NCBI GenBank assembly: GCA_022711335.1
Contig: JAKLFF010000002.1
Coordinates: 82,988-146,987 of the forward strand
Length of the DNA stretch: 64,000 nucleotides
Source of the DNA: Patescibacteria group bacterium
GTDB lineage: Bacteria; Patescibacteriota; Minisyncoccia; Moranbacterales; UBA2206
Reading direction: 5' to 3'
A model generated the notes under the pieces. That model was not told the DNA's origin. It searched no databases and saw nothing but the letters and a program-made list of their open reading frames with translations. The position numbers and the translations under genes were made by a program. Below, piece after piece: positions 17,639 through 27,708 of the stretch (its first letter is position 1; every line of letters starts with the position of its first letter).

Positions 17639-18202
17639 CTATTTTCTGTTTTTTATCTGAACACATTCTTCCCTTATTTCCAGATCTATTTGGAAATCAA
17701 CGCTTCCCTTGGAAACTAAATTCGAAAGAGGAAGGTTGACGCCGGAAAAACATTCATCTCTTTCTAATTTTTCCTTAAACGCGATGAGGCTTTCACGGCT
17801 GTCCGCTTTACCAACTAAAAATACCGCGTAATCTTTAGTGGCTAAATTTTGAATTGAAACTCCCGGAAGAATCGACTGGCTGAAATGAAAAAACATGTTC
17901 GACCAATAGAGTTGGTCTCCTTTTATTTTGGCAATATCCACAATTTGAGAATTAATTTCTTTGAACCGTTCGTCATAATGCCTGATCTTTTCATATTGTC
18001 CTTTTTCTCTGGAAGCTTCAGCGCCTTGTTCGACAATCTCCATATTTAGATCCAAAATATGACCCAAACCAAGAAGAAAAACAAAAAAAACTATGACAAA
18101 AACGGACAAAATCGCCTCCATCTTAATAATCAATTTCAAGTATTGGGCTTTTTTTATTTCTTCTTTTTTATATGGCGGAATCAGATTAAGTTTTATTTCC
18201 AT
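17639..18202 (-). CDS. PilN-like pilus assembly protein
   Basis: A short cytoplasmic N-terminus, a single TM helix and a periplasmic domain, placed immediately after pilM with overlapping stop and start. Confidence 0.5.
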   Translation of the reverse strand: MEIKLNLIPPYKKEEIKKAQYLKLIIKMEAILSVFVIVFFVFLLGLGHILDLNMEIVEQGAEASREKGQYEKIRHYDERFKEINSQIVDIAKIKGDQLYWSNMFFHFSQSILPGVSIQNLATKDYAVFLVGKADSRESLIAFKEKLERDECFSGVNLPLSNLVSKGSVDFQIDLEIREECVQIKNRK

Positions 18203-19268
18203 AAGTATTCCCTGCTGACGCCAGCCCGATAGCTGTCGCGTAGCAAACGGATTCTTCTTTGTTTATTATCGGCAAATTGTTTCCTAAATTTAAATTGATC
18301 CACGGATCTCCAACAGCCACTTCTTTGCAAAGCCGGGTAGTAAGATACGGAATGAGTCCAAGAAGATTGGCTCCTCCTCCGCACATCACAATCCTTTTTA
18401 TGGAAGCATTTTTTTGCGGCATACTTTGATAAAAATCAATTGTTTTTTCTATTTCCACAGAAAGATTTTCCAACAGCGGTTTTATAGAATTAAAAATCGA
18501 ACTGCTCTCAAAAGAATGTTCTATCCCCTGCGTTTTTTTTATCTTTTCCGCTTCATTTCTGGTTATATTAAAAGATTTGGAAATAGCATCAGTTATCATT
18601 TCGGAAGAAAAAAGCACGCTAGAGGTAAAATAAGGAATACTGCCTTCGGCTACTATAAAACTGGTTTTAGCGGCTCCGAAATCAACCAAAAGGGAAATGT
18701 CATCCCGGCCGATACTTTTTGGAACCAAACTTCTCAGCGTAGCGACAGACTCGATTTCCAATCCATAAACATCCAGTCCAGCCATCGTTAAAACATCCAT
18801 TGTCTCGTCCACCACCTCCTTAGAAACAGCCGCTGTGAGAACATTCTGCTTTCCATCGCAAACATCCAGAAATTGCCAGTCAAAATAAACCTGATCGCAA
18901 GAAAGCGGAATGCTGGCTTCAATTTCCCATCGAACCGCTTCCTGAGCTTCTTCGCTGCTCATCTGAGGAATATTCACAATTCTCAAAAAGGCTTTCGATT
19001 CAGGAAGAGAACAAATTACCTTTTTGGTGTTGATTTTTTTCGGACCGGCCTTTTTTACCGCCTCCATTATCACCCCAGCGACTTTTTCTTTTTCAATTAT
19101 CCTTCCATCGTCAATATAGCCTCTTGGCAATTCCAAGTTGGAATAGCCCCTTATGCTGTCATGTCCGGCTGATTTCTCAATTTGAAAAGCCTTCACCGAA
19201 AGATCGCTTAGATCCAAAGCGAATGTCCGATCTCCCAACCCTATTATTTTTTTATCCAAAAAACCCAC
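18186..19268 (-). CDS. pilM: Type IV pilus assembly protein PilM (actin-like ATPase fold)
   Basis: 360 aa with PilM/FtsA-like N-terminal motifs (IGLGDRTFALDLSDLSVKAFQI...) and an HSP70/actin-fold glycine-rich region VMCGGGANL. Confidence 0.8.
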   Translation of the reverse strand: MGFLDKKIIGLGDRTFALDLSDLSVKAFQIEKSAGHDSIRGYSNLELPRGYIDDGRIIEKEKVAGVIMEAVKKAGPKKINTKKVICSLPESKAFLRIVNIPQMSSEEAQEAVRWEIEASIPLSCDQVYFDWQFLDVCDGKQNVLTAAVSKEVVDETMDVLTMAGLDVYGLEIESVATLRSLVPKSIGRDDISLLVDFGAAKTSFIVAEGSIPYFTSSVLFSSEMITDAISKSFNITRNEAEKIKKTQGIEHSFESSSIFNSIKPLLENLSVEIEKTIDFYQSMPQKNASIKRIVMCGGGANLLGLIPYLTTRLCKEVAVGDPWINLNLGNNLPIINKEESVCYATAIGLASAGNTYGNKT

Positions 19269-19376
19269 AATGTATGGAACGCGGAATATATAATATGTGA
19301 CAGAATCAATAAACTATTTTCATGTTACTCTTTTATTCTTATTTTTATATGTCCCGCATTTTATGTTACATAGTTA

Positions 19377-21005
19377 TTATAGCTCTTCCCACGAATCCAT
19401 GGAATATCCCACTCCGGTCGGGAAAAAGGGAGGAGGATTATAGAGAAGATTATTGTCAAAATTCAAATAGGAGTGCTGATAGCCGACATCTATTGTCGGA
19501 ATTATGCCTTTGCCCACATTAAATTTGCCATTGGTCATAATCGACCCGTAAAAAGTAACTGAATTCCGTGAATCTAAATAATACAAATCTCTTCCCACTC
19601 GGCCATATCTGGCCATAAGCGCTCCATCGATCCTCAAGTTGTCCTGGCTGGCTTTTATAATTTCCACGTTATTCTGTCCCAAAAGACCCAGCATATCGCT
19701 CCCATCATAGCTGGAATAGGTGAGATTATTTTCTCCCAAAAACATGCTTGGTCCCGGGTTTAATGACATGTCTGCCGCCAATATGCTGACTCTTTTATGG
19801 TTTGAAGACGCTCCGAGAGTTCCTCCAAGCCAAACATTATCTTCAACATAAATCACTCCATTATTAGGAATAGCATAAGGCCCTCTGGCAGCGCATTGTC
19901 CGGAACAAGACGAACAAGTTCCAGAAGTTCCATCAGTTCGCTTATAATTAATTATGGAATATTTATTGCAATAATTAGTGCAAATAACACCCAAAATCCA
20001 TGTTCCTTGGCAACATCCCAGATTAAAAGGAAAAGTATAGCCGCCCAAATCAACATTTATCGTTTTACAATTTCCGCAATAAGAATTGACATCGCAGGCG
20101 CTGAAAGTTCCCCCATTCAAGGTTATTTTTCTACCTTCTCCGGTATTATTAAAATAGCATCCATTTGAATCGCAAGGAGTATTAGGAGGAGAAACTCCCT
20201 CCAAAGATTTAGTTCTGGCAAAATTGATATACGGATCTACCGAAGGAAAATCCCAGTGCGTCGCCCCCTGGCTTGTCCCGATTTGTTTTCCCACTTGAAA
20301 GACATCTTTGTTCAGAGTGTTGTTATATTCTCCGGACCAATAGGTCCACACTCCGTTTTTCCATCCCCATTGTCCCCAAGGTATGAGAGCGTCAGAATAA
20401 TAATAGGTATCCGCCTCGCTGGAAACAGTGTTGTAAGCCACGCCGTTGAAATGAATTCCTTCATTGGAATGAAGCCTGCCATGAACCTCTGCCTGGTCAT
20501 TTAAGGTAAACTGTTTATCTCCCACAATCATAAACTCGCTAAAAGACGGCCTTCGAAACCTAGCCTGGATAGTTCTTTTCAAGTTGGAATTTCCTTCAGT
20601 CCAGCCAACCGACCGCACGGTGAAAACAGTCGACCATTCATCTGGAGGATCAACTTCAATGCAATATTGCCCCTTAACATTTCCGGATTCGTAATCGGAA
20701 ATATAGGCGCCAGTTTCGTCACAGTCATAATCAATTCCAATCGGATCGCCATTCCAATAATCCAAAACTTCCTGGGGGGTAGTCAATGTATTCATCTCCT
20801 TGGCCAGATACCATTTATAGAAATTAATTCCCGATTCAGCTATCTGAAGGGATTCTTCTCTGTCGTAGCTATGAAATCCATATCTCATCTGTGAAGAAAT
20901 ATATTGCAGAATAGAAACCAGGATAATGGTAATAGCCGTCATAATAACCAGCATAAAAGCCAGTACCGATCCTTTTCTATTTTTGATATTAATTCTAATT
21001 GCCAT
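19377..21005 (-). CDS. PilX-like N-terminal domain protein, a large minor pilin or tip-associated protein with a Cys-rich C-terminal region
   Basis: The N-terminus KGSVLAFMLVIMTAITIILVSIL matches the PilX N-terminal family, which is pilin-like but lacks Glu5. The 542-aa C-terminal region has many Cys and Gly/Asn/Tyr-rich repeats. Confidence 0.55.
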   Translation of the reverse strand: MAIRINIKNRKGSVLAFMLVIMTAITIILVSILQYISSQMRYGFHSYDREESLQIAESGINFYKWYLAKEMNTLTTPQEVLDYWNGDPIGIDYDCDETGAYISDYESGNVKGQYCIEVDPPDEWSTVFTVRSVGWTEGNSNLKRTIQARFRRPSFSEFMIVGDKQFTLNDQAEVHGRLHSNEGIHFNGVAYNTVSSEADTYYYSDALIPWGQWGWKNGVWTYWSGEYNNTLNKDVFQVGKQIGTSQGATHWDFPSVDPYINFARTKSLEGVSPPNTPCDSNGCYFNNTGEGRKITLNGGTFSACDVNSYCGNCKTINVDLGGYTFPFNLGCCQGTWILGVICTNYCNKYSIINYKRTDGTSGTCSSCSGQCAARGPYAIPNNGVIYVEDNVWLGGTLGASSNHKRVSILAADMSLNPGPSMFLGENNLTYSSYDGSDMLGLLGQNNVEIIKASQDNLRIDGALMARYGRVGRDLYYLDSRNSVTFYGSIMTNGKFNVGKGIIPTIDVGYQHSYLNFDNNLLYNPPPFFPTGVGYSMDSWEEL

Positions 21006-21014
21006 TTTTTTGTT

Positions 21015-21647
21015 TTATAATCCTATATTTCTAAGCTGAGCGAAAGATTCTACAGTGATATGATCCGGGGATTGATAAGGCCTTATGTCAACCCAAAGGC
21101 TGGTTTTGATAATCCTTATGTTTACTATTTCCCCGGAACTGACCGGAGTGCCAAACGGAGTATTGTCAGAAAAATAATTATTTCCAAAATAGCTGAAGAC
21201 AGGATGTTCAGAATCATTGACAACGTGCGCGGCTAAAGTAGAAACTGCATCATCTCCGGAAGGATAAGTTATCGAGGATCCGCTTCCGGACGGATTAGAA
21301 ATTCCCACATTTAATTCATCCTCGCTTTCATCCAAATAATAATGCACTTTTTCAGTTACACTGTCATTGTCAATATCAATATAAATAACTAAATCCATAT
21401 CCGAAGCCGAACTTATAAGATAGTCTCCGTTATCCGCCTGCCTCGCTCTTCTCAAATCATCAACCAATATTCTCACCGCTCGGGAAGCTATGAAAGAATC
21501 CTGTCCGGTTTCAAAAATATAAGAATTCATCTGCCAGCTTTTTACAAATAAAACCGAAAAACCGGCCATAGCTATTGACATAATTCCGATAGCTACCATC
21601 ATTTCCATAAGGCTCATGCCTTTTATTTTTTTATATTTTTTTTCCAT
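21015..21647 (-). CDS. Type IV pilin-like protein (minor pilin) with a prepilin-peptidase-type N-terminus
   Basis: ...KKIKG|MSLMEMMVAIGIMSIAMAG has Glu at +5. I chose the internal Met start; the ORF track starts at 21674. Confidence 0.6.
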   Translation of the reverse strand: MEKKYKKIKGMSLMEMMVAIGIMSIAMAGFSVLFVKSWQMNSYIFETGQDSFIASRAVRILVDDLRRARQADNGDYLISSASDMDLVIYIDIDNDSVTEKVHYYLDESEDELNVGISNPSGSGSSITYPSGDDAVSTLAAHVVNDSEHPVFSYFGNNYFSDNTPFGTPVSSGEIVNIRIIKTSLWVDIRPYQSPDHITVESFAQLRNIGL

Positions 21648-21648
21648 T

Positions 21649-23061
21649 TTATTGGGGATCCAAACTGATATCACTTTTAGTAAGCTTATCTACAATTACT
21701 GTATCATTTTTTGTTTGATATCCGCTTGCCTGGATTTCCAAATCGTAAGTGCCTGCAGCCAGTTCAGGCAGAGACTCCGGAAAATAAACCAGTCCAAAAT
21801 CATCTGAATTCAAGGTTGCGTCATAAGGGGTAGGAAGGGATAAGTTATATAATCTTATCGAAGCATTTTTTATCGGAAGAGAATTGCTGCTGTCTGTTAT
21901 AGCCGCAAGAAAAGAATTTGTATTTTTATTTGCGAAAAGAGCTTTTTCCTCAATATCCGCCCCCGGATCGACACTGAATTTTGCCTTATCGTTGAGAGCC
22001 GCATCGTACGGATACATTTTGACAAATTCATAATCGGCTCCGGGATCAGAAACGGTAATTGTATAGGCTCCATAGCCTATATCGTTAATTTCATTTTTTC
22101 CTTCTGATCCGGAATCTAAATCTTCATCGAAATAAAAAATAGCAACGGGCGGATCATCAAGAGTATCTCCCTTTTTAATTCCCCCTTCCAAATTATACTC
22201 GACACCCGAAACAGCTTCTCCCAGGAAAGTTTCGGTTATAAGATCGATATCCGAAGTCAGGTCAGTCGTAATTGAATATATGTTCCTTTCTCCCTCAGTC
22301 ACTGAAGCATGCACATAGGCTGGATGAAATGAAGTTGTTGGATATGGAGGGAGAGTGTCTATCCCGAAATAATTGGATTTTGAAACTGAAATTTCATAAT
22401 CATTTCCGTCAGCCGGAATTCCGGGCAAAGATACCCCTCCGTTGGAATCTGTGGCATAATTTTCACTTATTCCCAATCCGCTGTTTGCCAGATGAACATT
22501 GAAACCGGAAATTCCATTTGAATCCTTGTCAAAAACTTTGATTACTAAAGTTCCTCCTCCGGCACTCGACTCGACCCCCGGAGGAGCAAAATCGGAAGCG
22601 AGAGAAACTGCCCTATCTGAATTTGCGTCATTTTCCCAAGCGACTTTAACCGTTGCTCTTTTATAGTCAGTCGGCACAGTGTCATCAACAGTTCCGCCTT
22701 CGGTTCCATCATGAGAATCATCAATATAAACAACGCTGTTAAAAACATAAAAAGTTCTGCCCGCTACTGTAATTTGCTCGGAATCAGGAATATCTCCGCC
22801 TATATATCCGCTTCCGGATATTCCTATTTGGCTATAGTCCAGACTTCTTATTATCTCCATTCTTTCGTTGGCCACGGAAATTGCACCCAGGCGATATTTG
22901 GATTCAAGTATATATCTCGCTCCTAACGAAAAAGCTTGATAAAAAGCCACAGTTATAAGGGAAAAAATAAAAAGAACAATAAGGGCTTCGATAATTGTAA
23001 AACCGGCTTTTTTGCATTTATTAGCTGCCGCGAAGCGGCATAAAAATTTTAACTTTTTCAT
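21649..23061 (-). CDS. Large type IV pilin (470 aa) with a classical prepilin leader
   Basis: KKAG|FTIIEALIVLFIFSLITVAF is a canonical class III signal with Glu5. It is followed by a long Gly/Asp/Ser-rich C-terminal domain. Confidence 0.65.
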   Translation of the reverse strand: MKKLKFLCRFAAANKCKKAGFTIIEALIVLFIFSLITVAFYQAFSLGARYILESKYRLGAISVANERMEIIRSLDYSQIGISGSGYIGGDIPDSEQITVAGRTFYVFNSVVYIDDSHDGTEGGTVDDTVPTDYKRATVKVAWENDANSDRAVSLASDFAPPGVESSAGGGTLVIKVFDKDSNGISGFNVHLANSGLGISENYATDSNGGVSLPGIPADGNDYEISVSKSNYFGIDTLPPYPTTSFHPAYVHASVTEGERNIYSITTDLTSDIDLITETFLGEAVSGVEYNLEGGIKKGDTLDDPPVAIFYFDEDLDSGSEGKNEINDIGYGAYTITVSDPGADYEFVKMYPYDAALNDKAKFSVDPGADIEEKALFANKNTNSFLAAITDSSNSLPIKNASIRLYNLSLPTPYDATLNSDDFGLVYFPESLPELAAGTYDLEIQASGYQTKNDTVIVDKLTKSDISLDPQ

Positions 23062-23076
23062 TTTTAATTTTGGCTT

Positions 23077-24297
23077 TTATTTTACATTCTCCATTATGCT
23101 GTACATCGGCTGCATCATAGAAACAGCGAAAAAACCAACAGCTGAGCCGATAAAAAGCATCAGAACTGGCTCAATTATAGAAGATAAATTTTTGCTGATT
23201 TGCAAAACTTCATTTTCATAAAATTCGGCTAGCTTCATGAGGATTTCTTCAGTTTTCCCGGTTTCTTCTCCCACCTCTATCATTTGGGAAACCAAAATTG
23301 GAAAAGCCTGGGTGTTTTGGGCTATAACTCGGCTCAAATTGACTCCCTTTTGAACTTGTTCCATTCCTTCTTCAATTGTCTTTCTATAATAATAGTTGGT
23401 TATAGTTCTGGAAACTATCCTCAATGATTCGATTACCGGCACTCCGCTTTTAAGCAACGAGCTGTAAATTCTTGAGAAGCGAGCGCAGTTTATTTTGACT
23501 ATTATGTTGCTGACCAGGGGGATATTTATCGACAAGTAGCTGATTATTTTCTTCCCCGTTTCGGTTCCAATAAATATTTTTCCCGCTGCTAAAACAAATA
23601 CCAGAATAAAAACCGCTAAAATGCTCCTTTCTCTTAAAAAATCGCTCAAGGCAATCACAAATTGGGTTGATTTGGGAAGTTCTACATTCATATCCTTAAA
23701 AATTCCAGTGAGTTTTGGAAGAACATACGTAAGCATGACGAAGCCGATTCCAATCATCGCTACCAAAATCACCGCTGGATAAGTAAACGCTCCTTTCACT
23801 TTGCTCATAAGCTCATGCTCCTTTTCCAGCTGGTCTGCCAAAATTATTAAAACTTCCTCCAGATTTCCGCTAGTTTCTCCCACCCGTATCATATTGACGA
23901 AAAGTTCGTTGAAATATCCGGGATATTTTGAAAGGCTATCGGCGAAAGTCATGCCTGACTGAATATCATCGAAAATATTGCCCAATATTTGGGCAAATCT
24001 CTTGTTTTTGGTTTGCACAGCAAGATTTTTCACGGCTCTTGAAAGGGAAAGTCCTGAAGCAATCATCACGCTTAGGTTTCGCGTGAACATTAGCTTGTCT
24101 TTTATGCTTAAACCGAAAACGCGATTCAAAAAATTTATTTCTGTTTTCTTTTTTTCCTCGCTCTCTATTTCTTTGCTAGAGGTTAAAACATAACCTTCCT
24201 GGCGGAGCTGCTGTGAAAGTTCTGCCTCGTTTTTGACATCTACTTCTCCGCTTTTTGTTTCTCCTGAATAGCTTTTGGCAGTATAAAATAATTTCAT
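23077..24297 (-). CDS. pilC: Type IV pilus inner-membrane platform protein PilC (GspF family)
   Basis: 406 aa with two repeats of the T2SS-F domain (...GETSGNLEEVL..., ...GEETGKTEEIL...) and 3 TM segments. Confidence 0.85.
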   Translation of the reverse strand: MKLFYTAKSYSGETKSGEVDVKNEAELSQQLRQEGYVLTSSKEIESEEKKKTEINFLNRVFGLSIKDKLMFTRNLSVMIASGLSLSRAVKNLAVQTKNKRFAQILGNIFDDIQSGMTFADSLSKYPGYFNELFVNMIRVGETSGNLEEVLIILADQLEKEHELMSKVKGAFTYPAVILVAMIGIGFVMLTYVLPKLTGIFKDMNVELPKSTQFVIALSDFLRERSILAVFILVFVLAAGKIFIGTETGKKIISYLSINIPLVSNIIVKINCARFSRIYSSLLKSGVPVIESLRIVSRTITNYYYRKTIEEGMEQVQKGVNLSRVIAQNTQAFPILVSQMIEVGEETGKTEEILMKLAEFYENEVLQISKNLSSIIEPVLMLFIGSAVGFFAVSMMQPMYSIMENVK

Positions 24298-24323
24298 CCC
24301 GATTTTAAATTTAGCCTTTAAAA

Positions 24324-26078
24324 TTATTCTTTGGTTACCCTTAAAATTTCTTCAAATGACGTTATTCCCTGAACCGCTTTTATAAATCCGTCTTCCACCA
24401 TAGTGTTCATGCCTTTCTCCCTTGCTTTTTTTTCTAACTCATCAGAAGTTGCTTTTTGGGATATCATTTTCTTGATATCTTCGTCAATTTCAAGAACTTC
24501 AAAAATACCCAGCCTTCCCCGATAGCCTCCGTGGCACTGATCGCACCCTTGGGGCTTGAATAATTTAATATCTTCCCATTTGCTTTTAGATTTAAGGCTT
24601 TTTTCCAAATCCTTGTTTTTCAAAACAATTTTAAGAATTGCATCCATGTCATAATTTTCATAAAAATTCTTCAGCTCTTTTTCTCCCATCTTATATTCTT
24701 TTTTGCAATCCGGGCACAGTTTTCTAACTAACCTCTGGGCAATAATTACATTGGCTGTTGAAGCCACTAAAAAGGGTTCGGCTCCCATATCCAAAAGCCT
24801 GGGCAAAGTTCCAGCCGCGCTGTTGGTATGCAAAGTGGAAAGCACCAGATGTCCGGTCATGGCCGCATTAATCGCCATTCCCATAGTTTCATTATCTCTA
24901 ATTTCTCCAACCATTATGATATCCGGATCCTGGCGAAGAAGCGCCCGAAGCCCATTTGCAAAAGTCAAGCCGACTTTCGGATATATCTGAGTTTGGTTTA
25001 TTCTCGGCATCCTGTATTCAACCGGATCTTCCACAGTGCTTATGTTAACTCCTGGAATATTCAGGATATCCATGATTGTATAGAGAGTCGTAGTCTTTCC
25101 GCTGCCAGTCGGACCAGTAACCAGGATCATTCCGTTGGGCCTTTTTATTTCACGATGGATTATTTCCAAATCCCTGCCGACAAGCCCCATTGCTTCTAAT
25201 GTCATTCCTTTCGAAGATTCATCCAAAAGACGCATGACTATTTTTTCTCCGTCAAAAATAGGAAGAATACTGACGCGAAAAGACATTTTTTTTCCTTCTT
25301 TTTCAATCTTAAACCGGCCGTCTTGCGGAACTCGGTGCTCGTCCAATTTCAAACTTGAAAGCACTTTTATGCGGGCAATTATTCCATCCGCTACCTGCCT
25401 GGGAAGCACCATAGCCTCATGGAGAATTCCATCTATCCTATATCTGACTCTCAACTCCTTCTCATCCGGTTCTATGTGGATATCGCTGGCGCTTTGCAAA
25501 ATAGCGTGTTTTATCAAAGTATCGACTATTCTTATTATCGGCAATCCTTGAGCTATCTTTTCCAAATCCTCCTTTGAATCATTGCCGGAAATTTCTTCGG
25601 AATTTTTGCTTATAATATCGCCGAATTCGGCTTTCAAGCTTTTGCTATATTGCCGCAGAACCGACTCAATACTCTCCTCGGTAGTCAGGCAAGTAATGAT
25701 TTTAAGTCCGGTTTTCTTTCTTATAAAATCAATGGTCTGGATGTCCTCCGGATTGAGCATAGCCACTTTCAGGGTATGCCCGTCCTTTCCAAATGCCACG
25801 ACTTTATATTTCTTGGCAATCGGCTCCGGAACTATCTGGAGAATATCATGTGAAACAATTTCTTTTTTAAGATCAAAAAAGGGGATGCCCAGAATATAGG
25901 CATAGAGTTTTCTAAGCTGCTCGTCATTAATAAGCTTTTTCTCCAAAAGAAGCTCTCCCAGCCTGACTTTTTTGGCCTGCGCCTCAAGAAAAGCTTCTTC
26001 CAGCTGATTCTGATCTATCACCCCCGCGTCCTGGATAAAACTTTTTAATTGATCATTTTCTATTCGCATACTTGTCAA
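24324..26078 (-). CDS. pilB: Type IV pilus assembly ATPase PilB (GspE family)
   Basis: Has Walker A VTGPTGSGKTTTLY, Asp/His boxes and the tetracysteine CPDC...CDQC zinc motif. Length 584 aa. Confidence 0.9.
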   Translation of the reverse strand: MTSMRIENDQLKSFIQDAGVIDQNQLEEAFLEAQAKKVRLGELLLEKKLINDEQLRKLYAYILGIPFFDLKKEIVSHDILQIVPEPIAKKYKVVAFGKDGHTLKVAMLNPEDIQTIDFIRKKTGLKIITCLTTEESIESVLRQYSKSLKAEFGDIISKNSEEISGNDSKEDLEKIAQGLPIIRIVDTLIKHAILQSASDIHIEPDEKELRVRYRIDGILHEAMVLPRQVADGIIARIKVLSSLKLDEHRVPQDGRFKIEKEGKKMSFRVSILPIFDGEKIVMRLLDESSKGMTLEAMGLVGRDLEIIHREIKRPNGMILVTGPTGSGKTTTLYTIMDILNIPGVNISTVEDPVEYRMPRINQTQIYPKVGLTFANGLRALLRQDPDIIMVGEIRDNETMGMAINAAMTGHLVLSTLHTNSAAGTLPRLLDMGAEPFLVASTANVIIAQRLVRKLCPDCKKEYKMGEKELKNFYENYDMDAILKIVLKNKDLEKSLKSKSKWEDIKLFKPQGCDQCHGGYRGRLGIFEVLEIDEDIKKMISQKATSDELEKKAREKGMNTMVEDGFIKAVQGITSFEEILRVTKE

Positions 26079-26449
26079 ATATGAAGCGTTTCTTTTATTT
26101 TTTTAACAACGTCTTCCAACCGATAATTGGATTTCACGAGATAAGTGGTCGCCCCGGCATTGAAAGCCCGTTCTATGTCTTCGGCGCTTTCTAAATTGGT
26201 CAGCAAAATAACTGGGATTTTTTTGGTTTTCTCGTCATTTTTTATCTCTTCTAAAACCTGATAGCCGTCTTTTTTAGGAAGAACTATATCCAAAAGAATT
26301 AGATCGGGTTTTTTAGCTTTGGCAAAAGAAATTCCTTCTTCCCCGTCCATGGCGCTCACGACTTCAAAATTCTCATCTATCAAAAATTCGCTCAACGCCC
26401 GTTGAAGCATCGCTTCATCTTCAATAACTAGAATTTTTTTCTTATCCAT
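26075..26449 (-). CDS. Stand-alone response-regulator receiver (CheY-like)
   Basis: ILVIEDEAMLQRAL...DLILLDIVLPKKDGYQVL...PVILLTNL...TTYLVKS has the conserved Asp pocket and T/K residues. It overlaps the pilB start. Confidence 0.85.
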   Translation of the reverse strand: MDKKKILVIEDEAMLQRALSEFLIDENFEVVSAMDGEEGISFAKAKKPDLILLDIVLPKKDGYQVLEEIKNDEKTKKIPVILLTNLESAEDIERAFNAGATTYLVKSNYRLEDVVKKIKETLHI

Positions 26450-26542
26450 AGGATTTCTCTGCGAATTACGAATTTAGTACAAACGCCGGCAGCGGGCAGG
26501 CAATTTATAGAGAAAGCGCAGTTCGCGATAATTAAATTAATT

Positions 26543-27481
26543 TCAATTTTTAATTGGCAGCGAAAAGCTAAAAATGCTGCCCAAGCCTTCCACTGACTGG
26601 AACCAGATTTCCCCTCCCAGCTGCCCAATGATGTTTTTCGATATATAAAGGCCCAGTCCCGTTCCTTCTGTCTGGTATTTTACAATATTGTCGCTTCGAA
26701 AAAATTTGTCGAAAACCCTGCCTTGCTGTTCTTCAGGTATGCCCACTCCGTTATCTTTTATGCTGAAAACCAGAGAATTATTTTTTTTAATCAGCTTTAT
26801 TTCTATTTTTCCCCTGTTAGTCGTATATTTAATAGCGTTATTAAATAAATTATCCACTACCATTTTCAACCGTCCGGCATCACTTGTAATTTTGGGGATA
26901 TTTTTAGAACAATTGAGAAGAATTTCGACATTTCTCGCATTAGCCAAGGGAAGGATGTCTTCTTTTGCTTCGTACACTATTTTATATAAATCTACCGGAC
27001 TTTTCTTAAAAATCATCCTTCCTTGTTCTATTCTGGCCACATCCAGCAGATCGTTTACCAGTTTTATCATCCGGGTAGTAAGAGAATCGATATTTTCAAT
27101 ATTGATAAGCTGCTTTTTGTTAAGGCCTTTCTTGAATTTTGAAAGCATCAGCTCTGTTTCCCACTTGATGGCAGAAAGCGGGGTGCGCAGCTGGTGAGAA
27201 GCTACGGAAACAAACTCGCTTTTCATTTTGTTAAGCCTTATAATTTGATCAATGAGCCTAATTACTGAATTTCCAATAATTAGTATGATAACTACTACCA
27301 ATGACTCGGAAATTATAATGAACTCGGGACTGTCATAATTTTTGGATATAAAATAGGTAACTGTCATCACAAAGATAGTTATGACTCCGAGGATAATAAA
27401 AAGAAACCCCGGTGTTTGCCAAATTTTAACACCCAATTCTTTGGCTTGTTTTTTCAAATCCAAATCATTAACAAATTGCAT
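26543..27481 (-). CDS. Sensor histidine kinase with two TM helices
   Basis: The H-box is ASHQLRTPL and the N and G boxes are DNLFNNAIKYT...DNGVGIP...GTGLGL. Confidence 0.8.
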   Translation of the reverse strand: MQFVNDLDLKKQAKELGVKIWQTPGFLFIILGVITIFVMTVTYFISKNYDSPEFIIISESLVVVIILIIGNSVIRLIDQIIRLNKMKSEFVSVASHQLRTPLSAIKWETELMLSKFKKGLNKKQLINIENIDSLTTRMIKLVNDLLDVARIEQGRMIFKKSPVDLYKIVYEAKEDILPLANARNVEILLNCSKNIPKITSDAGRLKMVVDNLFNNAIKYTTNRGKIEIKLIKKNNSLVFSIKDNGVGIPEEQQGRVFDKFFRSDNIVKYQTEGTGLGLYISKNIIGQLGGEIWFQSVEGLGSIFSFSLPIKN

Positions 27482-27510
27482 TTTGCTTTTATTTTATTTG
27501 TGTTTGTTCT

Positions 27511-27529
27511 ACAGCTAAATTATACCACA
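27511..27529 (-). promoter_or_regulatory. Extended -10 promoter (TGgTATAAT) for the kinase operon
   Basis: The reverse complement ttgTGGTATAATttagctg lies about 35 nt upstream of the kinase ATG. Confidence 0.4.
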
Positions 27530-27555
27530 AAAAAAACAAAATGAAACAGAGGCAA

Positions 27556-27700
27556 GCCATGCCTACCTCTCGATAAAATGCAATTTACCCCGCACCCAGA
27601 ATACTCCGAGCGCAAACTCGGAGATGAATGGTTCCAAGCGCGAAGCGAATTGCTCCAATGCCCGTGGCGGTCGCCCGTGGGTACGGGGTTTCCGGCATCT
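27556..27700 (-). other. GC-rich structured intergenic element, either a 3' UTR or a small RNA, ending in a U-tract
   Basis: Local GC is far above the surroundings. It contains the hairpins ccgagcgcaaactcgg and gcccgtggcggtcgcccgtggg, with gaggtaggcatggcttgcctctg followed by tttcattttgtttttttt on the minus strand. Confidence 0.3.
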
Positions 27701-27708
27701 TTTTCCGT

